This document shows positions 1 to 8,640 of a stretch of 21,469 nucleotides of DNA, piece after piece. The translations under genes were made by a program, and so were the position numbers. The DNA is from Chiloscyllium plagiosum (Eukaryota). The DNA lies in the NCBI RefSeq assembly GCF_004010195.1, contig NC_057750.1, positions 7,223,668-7,245,136 of the forward strand. Direction: 5' to 3'. The notes below the pieces were generated by a model. The model saw only the letters and a program-made list of their open reading frames with translations. It did no database searches and was not told where the DNA came from. The stretch's first letter is position 1, and every line of letters begins with the position of its first letter.

Positions 1-16
1 CAATAACCAGCCTGAA

Positions 17-60
17 ATAGTAGAATTGTACAGCACTGAAATAGGCCATTCAGCCCATCT
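17..60 (-). mobile_element. Short CR1-type 3' tail fragment
   Basis: Reverse complement gatgggctgaatggcctatttcagtgctgtacaattcta resembles the CR1/HE1 3' terminal motif seen repeatedly in the window. Confidence 0.55.
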
Positions 61-84
61 CTCCGGTAGAGTTTTTTAAACGTA

Positions 85-491
85 CTAGTTCACAGGTAGA
101 GGGCATTGCTGGCTGGGCCAGCGTTTATTGTCCGTCCCTAACTGTCCCTTCAGAAGGTGGTGTTGAGCTGCCTTCTTGAGCTGTTGAGGTCCATGTGCTG
201 TCGGAATACTCACAATGCTCTTAGGGAGGGAATTCCAGCATTTTGACCCAGCGACACTGAAGGGACAGTGATGTATTTCCAAATCAGGATAGTGAGTGAC
301 TCGGAGGGGAACTTGCAGGGGGTGGTGTTCCCATGTGTCCTTCTATACGGAAGTGGTTGTGCGTGTGTAAGGTGCTGTCTGAGGATCTTTGGTGAATTCT
401 GCAGCGCACCTTGTAGATGGTACACACTGCTGCTACTGAGCATCGAGGGTGGAGCGCGTGGATGCTTGTGAATGTGGTGTCACTCAAGCAG
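85..491 (-). mobile_element. CR1-group LINE (family 2, clade uncertain), ORF2 C-terminus and 3' UTR, decayed
   Basis: Minus-strand frames give IHALHPRCSVAAVCTIYK and KCWNSLPKSIV...HHLLKG, typical post-RT C-terminal motifs; continues upstream at 1933-2190. Confidence 0.8.
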
Positions 492-494
492 AAT

Positions 495-682
495 AAGAGG
501 AGACGTGGTTAACTCTCAACTGCTCTGCAATTCAGTAAGATCTACTTGTGTTTCAAATTCCATATTCCTACTTTCCCACCAATAACCATCGATTCTTGTA
601 AGGCAAGGGCATCTATTGACATCGGACTTAAAACTATTCAGTGGCCCTACTTCATCACTGTCTGAGGCAGAGTGTTCTCTGA
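495..682 (-). mobile_element. Old CR1-like LINE 3' fragment
   Basis: Minus strand reads NTLPQTVMK...LNSFKSDVNR, a degenerate WNxLP...FK..LD motif followed by 3' UTR-like sequence. Confidence 0.55.
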
Positions 683-895
683 AACGCAGTCATTCTCCTC
701 TACATGGCGGAAGGATGTAGTAATGTGCGATCACATGGCATTCAGGCAGAGCTTGCCAATTGGATAAAAAAATTGGCTTGACGTTAGAGCCAGAGGGTGG
801 TGGTGGAGGGTTGTTTTTCAGGCTGGAGGCCTCTGACCAGAGGTGCTCTGCAGGGATTGGTGCTGGGTCCACTGTTGCTTGTCGTTTATATAAAC

Positions 896-1102
896 GCTGA
901 AAATGTGTTGCTGGAAAAGCGCAGCAGGTCAGGCAGCATCCGAGGAACCGGAGAATCGACGTTTCGGGCATAAGCCCTTCTTCAGGCTTATGCCCGAAAC
1001 GTCGATTCTCCTGCTCCTCGGATGCTGCCTGACCTGCTGCGCTTTTCCAGCAACACATTTTCAGCTCTGATCTCCAGCATCTGCAGCCCTCACTTTCTCC
1101 CT
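896..1102 (+). mobile_element. Non-autonomous PLE hairpin insert, family A (inverted terminal-repeat arms plus 37-nt tail)
   Basis: Arms ~896-976 and 985-1065 are reverse complements; tail 1066-1102; TSD gtttatataaac at 884-895 and 1103-1114; homologous to the 3' end of the Neptune-like element at 7179-7390. Confidence 0.88.
953..986 (-). ncRNA. Minimal type-I hammerhead ribozyme motif (PLE family A)
   Basis: Minus strand c-CTGAAGA-a-GGGC ttat GCCC-GAAA-cGTC-gattc; palindromic ACGT helix III; 5' strand of helix I cut off by the inversion junction. Confidence 0.7.
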
Positions 1103-1932
1103 GTTTATATAAACGGTTTGGATGAGAATTCAGAAGGCATGGTTAGTAACTTTGTAGATGGCACCAAAATTGGTGGTATAGTGGACAGCGAAGAACGTTA
1201 TCTAAGATTTCAAATGGATCTTGATCAATTGGGCCAAGTGGGCTGAGGAGTTTTACTTGGATAATACAAAATATTGAATTTTGGTAAAACGAACAAGGGC
1301 AGGACCTACACAGTTAATGGGAGGGCCTTGGATAGTGTTGTAGAACAGAGAGACCTGGGGGCTCAAGTACATATTTTTTTAAAAGTTGCGTCATATATAG
1401 ATAGTGTGTTTAAGAAGGCATTTAGCATGCTTGCCTTCATTGCTCAGACCATTGGGACGTCATGTTGTGGTCGTACAGTATGTTGGTGAGGCCATTTTTG
1501 GAGTACTGTGTACAGTTCTGGTCACCCTGCTACAGGAAAGATATTATTAAATTGGTGAGGGCTCAGAGAGGATTTATCATGATGTTGCCGGGATTGGAAG
1601 ATTTGGGTTATAAGGAAAGGCTACATAGGCTGGGACTTTTTTCAGGGTAGGAGAGTTTAAAACTGGAGGGTGTAATTTTAAGGTTGGAGGGGAAAGATTT
1701 AAAAGGGGCCCTGGGGGCAACGTTTTCACACAGAGGGTGGGTCGTGTGTGGAATGAACGGCCAAAGGAAGTGGTGGATACAAGCACAGTTACAACATTTA
1801 AAAGACATTTGGGTAGGAAAGGTTTAGATTGACCTGTGCACAGATAGGCAGGACTAGTTTAGCTTGGGAAACTTGGTGGTCATGCAGAGTTGGACCAAAG
1901 GGTCTGTTTCCATGCTGTATGACTCTCTAAAC

Positions 1933-2190
1933 TGGCTGCTTTATCCTGAGTGGTTTTGAGCTTCCAGGGCAAGTGGGGAGTAACCCATCCCACTCCCGCC
2001 TTGTACATGGTTGACAGGCTTTGGGAAGGTGAGTTACTCACCGCAGTATTCCCAGTCTTTGTAAGCACAATATTCCCACACAGCTGTGGAAGCAGGTGGG
2101 ATTTGAACCAGGGATAGCCAGTGCAGCAATAGATCTGCATCACCAGAGCACAGTCTAAATGGCTGGTCCAGTTCAGCTCCTGGTCAACGG
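1933..2190 (-). mobile_element. CR1-group LINE family 2, upstream continuation of 85-491
   Basis: Minus strand SQSLSTMYKA...KLKTTQDKAA joins to CLSDTTFTSIHALH at 491. Confidence 0.75.
2072..2146 (-). mobile_element. Short tRNA-like/SINE-head insertion
   Basis: Pol III B box GGTTCAAATCC on minus strand (2099-2109); flanked by agcacaat (2064-2071) and agcacagt (2147-2154). Confidence 0.45.
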
Positions 2191-2644
2191 TAAAATCATT
2201 TTCGTACGGGAGTGCAACAAATTGTACTTTCCCGATTTGCCTTCTACAGAAAGTCAGCAGATGAAATTGGAAAATATTTGATGCACTGATCAGTTTGAAT
2301 AGACAAAGGCAGAGTGTAAGTTTAGTTACGTGGAGTAGACTGAAACTGAAATTCCTCTTGTTGGCTTTTCTGCAGGTTTAGCTTGACATCCTGTTTTGAT
2401 TACTTCTGTTCATTAAAGCTCGTGAGTTCTATTTATAACAAATGTCACACTTTTGCGGTATGACGTACATTGCTCGGTGATGCTACGTTCGAGACGAGGT
2501 CCCAGTGGCTCTGCAAATGTCAGGTGGGCCAAGTGCAAAGCAAAACAAAGAGCTTACATTTATGTAGCTACCATTTGCAAAATCCCATTAAGCACACTGG
2601 AAGTGCAGCCCCACAGTACACAAGTGAAAGACAAGCAAGGCAGT

Positions 2645-3066
2645 TAAAAAGAGAAATGGGGAGATCCAGGGGGGAAAAAAACAGAAAGAGAAAGGCAGTG
2701 TGAGAAGGAGAAATTAAAAAGAAGTTGAATAAAGAGTGAGAGAGAGAAAGAGCGAGTAAAGGAAGGCAGAAAGAGAGAGATAGTGTGTGAAAGATGAAAG
2801 GCGACAGAGAGAGAGAAAAGAAGGACATTGGGAAAGACAGAGAAGGAGAATGTGCGAAATTTGGAAAGTGAGAGAGACAGAGAGAGAGAAACTGGGAAAG
2901 ACTGAGAGAGGGAGAGAGTGTGAAAGATGGTGGGTGACAGAGAGGGAGAGCAGAGGAAAACTGGAAAAGACAGAGAAGGAGAGAGTGTGAAAGAAAGTGA
3001 CCAAAAGAGAGAAGAGAAAAGCTGGAAAAGACTGAGAGAGGGAGAGAGTGTGAAAGACAATATGGG
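2645..3066. repeat. GA-rich low-complexity tract with internal repeats
   Basis: Purine-rich; aagactgagagagggagagagtgtgaaaga occurs near 2898 and 3028. Confidence 0.85.
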
Positions 3067-3297
3067 ACACAGAGGGTGGTACGTGTATGGAATGAGCTGC
3101 CAGAGGATGTGGTGGGGGCTGGTACAATCGCAACATTTAAGAGACATCTGGATGGGTACATGAATAGGAAGGGTTTGGAGGGATATGGGCCGGGTGCTGG
3201 CAGGTGGGACTAGATTGGGTTGGGATATCTGGTCGGCATGGACAGGTCGGACCGAAGGGTCTGTTTCCATGCTGTACATCTCTATGACTCTCTATGA
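3067..3297 (+). mobile_element. CR1/HER1 3' end
   Basis: TQRVVRVWNELPEDVVGAGTIATFKRHLDGYMNRKGLEGYGP; tail tctctatgactctctatga. Confidence 0.92.
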
Positions 3298-3597
3298 AAG
3301 AAGGGACAGCGTGAAATTAAAGGGATAGAAACGGGTTTATAATCTATTACCTATCTTTTGGAGGGGAGAGACTGAAAGAGACAGATAGATAAAGGAAACA
3401 GAGGGAGAGAATGTGAAAAACAGCAAAGGAGGTGGAGGACACGAAAAGAGAGAGACAGCAATTAAGAAAAAGAAACAGGAAATATTTAAAGAGAGAAACG
3501 AAGGAGTAAAGAAGATCCCCTATTGCTTTCCGTTTAATTTCTACCTCTCACATCTTCCCTTTGTTTTTCACACATTGTCTCTCTCTCTCAATCTTTT

Positions 3598-3850
3598 GGG
3601 TGGCACGGTGGCTCAGTGGTTAGCACTGCTGCCTAATACGCCAGGGACCTGGGTTTAATTCCAGCCTCGGGTGACTGTCTGTGTGGAGTTTGCACATTCT
3701 CTCCGTGGGTTTCCTCCCACAGTCCAAAGATGTGCAGGTCAGGTGAATGGGCCATGCTAAATTGTCCATAGTGTTAGGAAATTAGTCAGGGGTAAATATC
3801 GGGTGGGGGAATGGGTCTGGGTGGGTTACTCATCAAAGGGCCTGTTTCCA
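3598..3850 (+). mobile_element. HE1-type V-SINE
   Basis: tRNA head ggcacggtggctcagtggttagcactgctgcc, V-domain ctgtctgtgtggagtttgcacattctc, tail gggcctgtttcca. Confidence 0.9.
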
Positions 3851-4030
3851 GGGGGCGGTACGGTGGCTAAGTGGTTAGCACTCTACAGCACCAGAGACCC
3901 AGGTTCAATTCCAGCCTCGGGGTAAATATAGGGTAGGGGAATGGATCTGGGTGGGTTAATTTTTGGAGGGTCAGTGTGGAGTTGTTGGGCCGAAGGGCCT
4001 GTTTCCATACTGTAGGGAATCTATTCTAAT
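3851..4030 (+). mobile_element. HE1-type V-SINE, internally deleted, tandem to the previous copy
   Basis: Head with A and B boxes joined directly to ggggtaaatatagggtagggg; V-domain missing; tail ctgtagggaatctattctaa. Confidence 0.85.
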
Positions 4031-4514
4031 ATGTTTCTTTCTGTCACCCCACAACCCCTGCTTCTTTTCCCTCTCTCTCTTTCTCTTTTTTTTTAATTTG
4101 TTGTTTCTTTGTTCACGCTCTCCTCCTCTCTCATGTCAACTGACCGCTTGGAAAATATATCCTCAGGCCTTGAAAGTAAACTGCCAAATTCAGACTGTGT
4201 CAATAAATAACAAAACAAATTAATGAATGGTACCTACGTGTGGCAGTGGTTCTGTAGCAGATCTTATCTGTCAGTATCTTTTCTGCAATCCCTCTACAAA
4301 TTCTAACTCTGGGAGGGCTGAGGTGCCATCCCATTGTAGACTGACTTTATGAGTCACCCAGTAATAGATCTACAAATTCGATCTTCACATTTATCAGTAC
4401 ACCCACATCCAGGCGCTGTGACATTACTGATTCCATTCGGAATGTATAAGTCATCTGACCTGACACCTTCTGACATGTTAATTTTCACTTATTAATGCTC
4501 TAATTGCCACAACA

Positions 4515-4900
4515 GTAACATTGAAGATTTGGATTTGCATAGCGCAGCTTTGCACAGAATTAAACACTCCACCCCCACCCTCCCCCAACCGCGAGTTTCA
4601 CAGGAGGGTGGTGCAGGCTTGACTCCAAACCACTTGTGAACGTGCCAAGAAGGTCAGTTAGACCTTAGAAGAGAGCAGGTTGAGACAGAACGGTTTAAGG
4701 GGAATGGAGAGAGGAAGGGGGGAGACGGAGGGTTTTGGGGAGGGGAGAGAGGAGGGGGTAGGCAGAGGGTTTTGGGGAGGAGGATTCCAGAATTTAGGTT
4801 CCAGGTAGTAAGAGGCACGGCCACCACTGGCAGAGTGATAAAAATGATGGGATGATCAAAAGGGTGGGATCTTGCAATATGGGGGGTGGAGGACATTACA
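4515..4900 (-). mobile_element. Old L2-like LINE 3' fragment with G-rich expansion
   Basis: gatttgcatagcgc tail-like motif and ttccagaatttaggttccagg...ggcacggccacc resemble fish/shark L2 3' ends (recalled, not aligned). Confidence 0.55.
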
Positions 4901-4977
4901 AAGATGGCACTGAGAAACCATGGTAAGGGTGCTACAGAAATGCACATTACTGTTATCATTGTATCGTAACATGATGG

Positions 4978-5112
4978 GTGTTGGTTAGTTCAGTTGGATA
5001 GACTGCTGGTTTGCAACATGATACCAGTAATGCAGGGTCAATTCCTGCACCAGCTAGGGTTACCATGAAGGGCTCTCCTTCTCAGTCTCTCCTCTCACCT
5101 GAGCTCTGGTGA
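4978..5112 (+). mobile_element. tRNA-derived SINE (type C), 3'-truncated
   Basis: A box tagttcagttgg, B box gggtcaattcc, then a body unlike HE1. Confidence 0.6.
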
Positions 5113-5275
5113 GGTACAGTTACATCGTTTAAAGGACATCTGGATAAGTTCATGAAGGGGAAAGGTTTGGAGGGATATGGGCCAGGAGCAGGCAGGTGGG
5201 CCTAGTTTAGTTTGGGATTATGGTCGGCATGGACTGGTTGGACAGAAGGGTCTGTTTCCGTGCTGTATGACTTAT
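5113..5275 (+). mobile_element. CR1/HER1 3' end
   Basis: FKGHLDKFMKGKGLEGYGP; tail gggtctgtttccgtgctgtatgact. Confidence 0.88.
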
Positions 5276-5593
5276 AAATGATATTCAAATACTTGTCCAA
5301 TTCTGTTTTGAAAGTTACAACTGAGCCTCTGTCCACTTCTCCTACAGTTCCACATCATTGAGGTGACGCTATGGTCGAGTGGTATTGTCACTGGGCTGTT
5401 AATAAAGAAACTCAGCACAAGTCCCAAGGACCCGAGTTCAAATCTGCTCTATGATAGACAATTTGGATTCAATAAAAATCTGGAATTAAGGATCTAATGA
5501 TGACCATGAATCCATAGTTGGGGAAAATCCATCTGGGCTGAAAATGTGTTGCTGGAAAAGCGCAGCAGGTCAGGCAGCATCCAAGGAACAGGA

Positions 5594-5630
5594 GAATCGA
5601 CGTTTCGGGCATAAGCCCTTCTTCAGGAAT
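5594..5630 (-). ncRNA. Minimal hammerhead ribozyme motif (family A), intact core
   Basis: attc-CTGAAGA-a-GGGC ttat GCCC-GAAA-cGTC-gatt; helix I short (2 bp plus a mismatch). Confidence 0.72.
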
Positions 5631-5753
5631 GAGGAAAGTGTGTCCAGCAGGCTAAGATAAAAGGTAGGGAGGAGGGACTTGGGGGAGGGGCGTTGGAAAT
5701 GTGATAGGTGGAAGGAGGTCAAGATGAGGGTGATAGGCCGGAGGGGGGTGGGG

Positions 5754-6317
5754 NNNNNNNNNNNNNNNNNNNNNNNNNNNNNNNNNNNNNNNNNNNNNNN
5801 NNNNNNNNNNNNNNNNNNNNNNNNNNNNNNNNNNNNNNNNNNNNNNNNNNNNNNNNNNNNNNNNNNNNNNNNNNNNNNNNNNNNNNNNNNNNNNNNNNNN
5901 NNNNNNNNNNNNNNNNNNNNNNNNNNNNNNNNNNNNNNNNNNNNNNNNNNNNNNNNNNNNNNNNNNNNNNNNNNNNNNNNNNNNNNNNNNNNNNNNNNNN
6001 NNNNNNNNNNNNNNNNNNNNNNNNNNNNNNNNNNNNNNNNNNNNNNNNNNNNNNNNNNNNNNNNNNNNNNNNNNNNNNNNNNNNNNNNNNNNNNNNNNNN
6101 NNNNNNNNNNNNNNNNNNNNNNNNNNNNNNNNNNNNNNNNNNNNNNNNNNNNNNNNNNNNNNNNNNNNNNNNNNNNNNNNNNNNNNNNNNNNNNNNNNNN
6201 NNNNNNNNNNNNNNNNNNNNNNNNNNNNNNNNNNNNNNNNNNNNNNNNNNNNNNNNNNNNNNNNNNNNNNNNNNNNNNNNNNNNNNNNNNNNNNNNNNNN
6301 NNNNNNNNNNNNNNNNN
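5754..6317. other. Assembly gap
   Basis: Run of N. Confidence 1.
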
Positions 6318-6423
6318 CTATCACCCTCACCTTGACCTCCTTCCACCTATCACATTTCCAACGCCCCTCCCCCAAGTCCCTCCTCCCTACCTTTTATCTT
6401 AGCCTGCTGGACACACTTTCCTC

Positions 6424-6459
6424 ATTCCTGAAGAAGGGCTTATGCCCGAAATGTCGATT
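6424..6459 (+). ncRNA. Minimal hammerhead ribozyme motif (family A), CpG-decayed helix III
   Basis: CTGAAGA 6428-6434, GGGC/GCCC stem, GAAA 6448-6451, then tGTC (ACGT to ATGT). Confidence 0.65.
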
Positions 6460-6751
6460 CTCCTGTTCCTTGGATGCTGGCCTGACCTGCTGCGCTTTTC
6501 CAGCAACACATTTTCAGCTCTGATCTCCAGCATCTGCAGACCTCACTTTCTCCTCGAAAATCCATCTGGTTCAATAATGTCCTTTAGGAAAGGATACTGC
6601 CATCCTTACTTGGTCGGGCCTACACGTGACTCCAGACCCACAGCGATGGGATTGACTCTTAACAATTAGGGATAGGTATTAAATGCTGACCTAGCTATTG
6701 ACACCCTTATCCTGTGAATGAACTTTTTTAAAAAAGCCCTTAAAATGGTAC

Positions 6752-6948
6752 TTTCCAGGATTTTGACCTAATGATGCTGAAGGAACTGATATTTCCAACT
6801 CAGGATGGGAAGGGAAGTTACAGGGTGTGGTGTTCTCATGTATCTGCTGCCCTTTGTCCTTCTACATGGAAGTGACCGTGGGTCGGTCGAAGGATCTTTG
6901 GTGAATTTCTGTCGTGCATCTTGTAGATGGTACACACTGCCGCTGTTC
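6752..6948 (-). mobile_element. CR1-group LINE family 2 fragment
   Basis: Homologous to 232-435 (ttccagga/cattttgacc; atctttggtgaatt; cttgtagatggtacacactgc). Confidence 0.8.
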
Positions 6949-7178
6949 CCTCATCAAACCGTAATGTCAGAGTTCAATGTATGCTCTCCTGATGTAGCTT
7001 AAAGTTGGAGTGGGGGGAGCAGTGCGGTAGACAATGCATTTAGATAAATATTCATCTCTTTACTCTGCTAAGCCAACTTCCACACATTAGCCATAATTTA
7101 TTCAGTCCCATCTTCAGTGGAATGAGTCTTGATGTTTCAAAAAGAAATATCAACACACTTCCACAGACACTGACAGAC

Positions 7179-8345
7179 AGTGAGGAAGGCAAAAGGCTGG
7201 AGAGTCAGAGTGGAAACGCGTGGCACTGGAAAAACACAGCAGGTCAGGCAGCATCCGGGGAGCAGGATTTTTTTTAGATTAGATTCCCTACAGTATGGAA
7301 ACAGGCCCTTCGGCCCAACAAGTCCACACCGACCCTCTGAAGAGTAACCCACAAGAGTTGACGTTTTAGGTATAAGCCCTTCGTTACGAATGTGGAGGGG
7401 GCAGCAGTGGGGAAGGGGGCTGAGAGATAAATAGGAGGGTGGGGCTGTGGGGAAAGTAACTGGGAAGGCGATAGGTAGATGCAGGTGGGAGGGAATTGTG
7501 ATAGGTGGGTGGGGAAGGGTGAAGCAGATTGGTGGGAAGGAAACTGGACAGGTCAAGGGGATGGTGCTGAGTTGGAGGGTTGGATCTGAGATGAGGTTGG
7601 GGGGGGAGGGGAGATGAGGAAACAGGTGAAATTGACAATTGATCCTGTGTGGTTGGAGGGTCCGAAGGCAGAAGATGAGGCGTTCTTCCTCCAGGCGTCG
7701 GGTGGCTTGGATTTGGCGGTAGAGGAGGCCCAGGACTTGCATGTCCTTGGGGGAGTGGGAGGGGGAGTTGAAGTGGTTGGTCACAGGGCAGTGGGGATGT
7801 TTGGTGCGTGTGTCCCAGAGATGTTCTCTGAAACCATCCGCGGGTTGGCATCCTGTCTCCCCAGTGTGGAGGGGATCACATCCAGAGAAATGGACACAGT
7901 AGATGAGGTCAGTGGATATGCAGGAAAATCTCTACCAGCTGTGGAAGGATCCTCTGGGGCCTTGGATGGAGATGAGGGGGGAGGTATGGGCAGGTTTTAT
8001 ACCTCTTGCGGTGGCAAGGGAAGGTGCCAGGACTGGAGGGTGGGTTGGTGACTGGGAGTGGGCCTAACAAGAGAGTCACGGAGGGAGTGGTCTCTGCGGA
8101 ATGCTGATTGGGGAGGGAAATATATCTCTGGTGGTGGGGTCTGATTGTAGGTGGCGGAATTGGTGGAGGATAACACATTGTATCTGGCGATTAGTGGGGT
8201 GGGAGGTGAGGACCAGGGGGTGTTCTGTTGTTGCGGTTACGGGGTGAGTTCAAAGTGTGGCAAGTGGCGATGCGCTGGAGGGCATTGTTGACCACATGGG
8301 AGGGGAAATTGCAGTCCTTGAAATAGGAGCCACCTGGAGTGGCAA
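7179..8345 (-). mobile_element. Neptune-like Penelope element 3' portion: Cys linker, GIY-YIG endonuclease pseudogene, terminal repeat
   Basis: Minus strand PGTFPCHRKRYKTCPY, then STDLIYCVHFSGCDPLHTGETG...FREH...PVTNHFNSPSHS...LEEERLIFCLRTLQP; 3' end matches the family A hairpins; ribozyme degenerate at ~7355-7392. Confidence 0.85.
7268..7352 (-). mobile_element. HE1 SINE 3' fragment nested in the PLE terminal repeat
   Basis: Reverse complement of the HE1 tail with (aatct)n end. Confidence 0.85.
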
Positions 8346-8354
8346 GGGTAGAAT

Positions 8355-8640
8355 TCTCCTGGGTTATTATTGTTATTATTACTATTATGATTATTGCTGG
8401 CCTGTATTTCCCGTGGAATGTTCTGGGAAGCTGGGTTCAATTCCCGCCATGGCAGATGGTAGAATTAGAATTCAATAAAGATTCTGGAATTAAGAATCTA
8501 ATGATGATCATGGTCCATCATCGATTGTTGGAAAACCCAGCTGGTTCACTAATGTCCGGTCGGGAAGGAAATCTGCCATCCTTACTTGGTCTGGCCTACC
8601 TGTCACTCCAGACCCACAGCGATGTGGTTGACTCTCAAAC
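8355..8640 (+). mobile_element. SINE type B with a (TAT)n expansion in its head
   Basis: B box gggttcaattcc; body ggaaggaaatctgccatccttac...ctccagacccacagcgatgtggttgactct. Confidence 0.85.

Larger units (their letters stand above)
700..1928 (+). mobile_element. CR1/HER1 LINE, 5'-truncated RT pseudogene through 3' tail, interrupted at 896-1102
   Basis: QGLVLGPLLLVVYIN|GLDENSEGMVSNFVDGTKIGG (FADD motif decayed), QRDLG, LVRPFLEYCVQFWSP; tail ctgtttccatgctgtatgactct; frameshifts and deletions. Confidence 0.92.
5537..6555 (+). mobile_element. PLE family A long inverted-repeat insert (centre lies in the assembly gap)
   Basis: Arms 5537-5753 and 6318-6518 are near-perfect reverse complements; tail 6519-6555; 14-bp TSD gaaaatccatctgg at 5523-5536 and 6556-6569. 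Confidence 0.88.
5360..6723 (+). mobile_element. tRNA-derived SINE type B, split by a PLE insert (parts 5360-5536 and 6556-6723)
   Basis: A box tggtcgagtgg, B box gagttcaaatc; body matches copies at 8355, 11003 and 18585. Confidence 0.85.

Noticed and set aside
896..1102. MITE / DNA transposon reading of the hairpins
   Set aside because: Asymmetric tail, variable 12-14 bp TSDs, hammerhead motif and homology to a GIY-YIG retroelement end point to PLE origin
2568..3279. Long Ser/Leu/Phe-rich minus-strand ORFs (140-211 aa)
   Set aside because: Translation of a GA-rich low-complexity tract plus antisense CR1
4232..4476. Short minus-strand ORFs and a GTAGGT donor
   Set aside because: No good acceptor, peptides unrecognised, consistent with chance
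5570..6523. ORFs over 200 aa
   Set aside because: They run through the N gap
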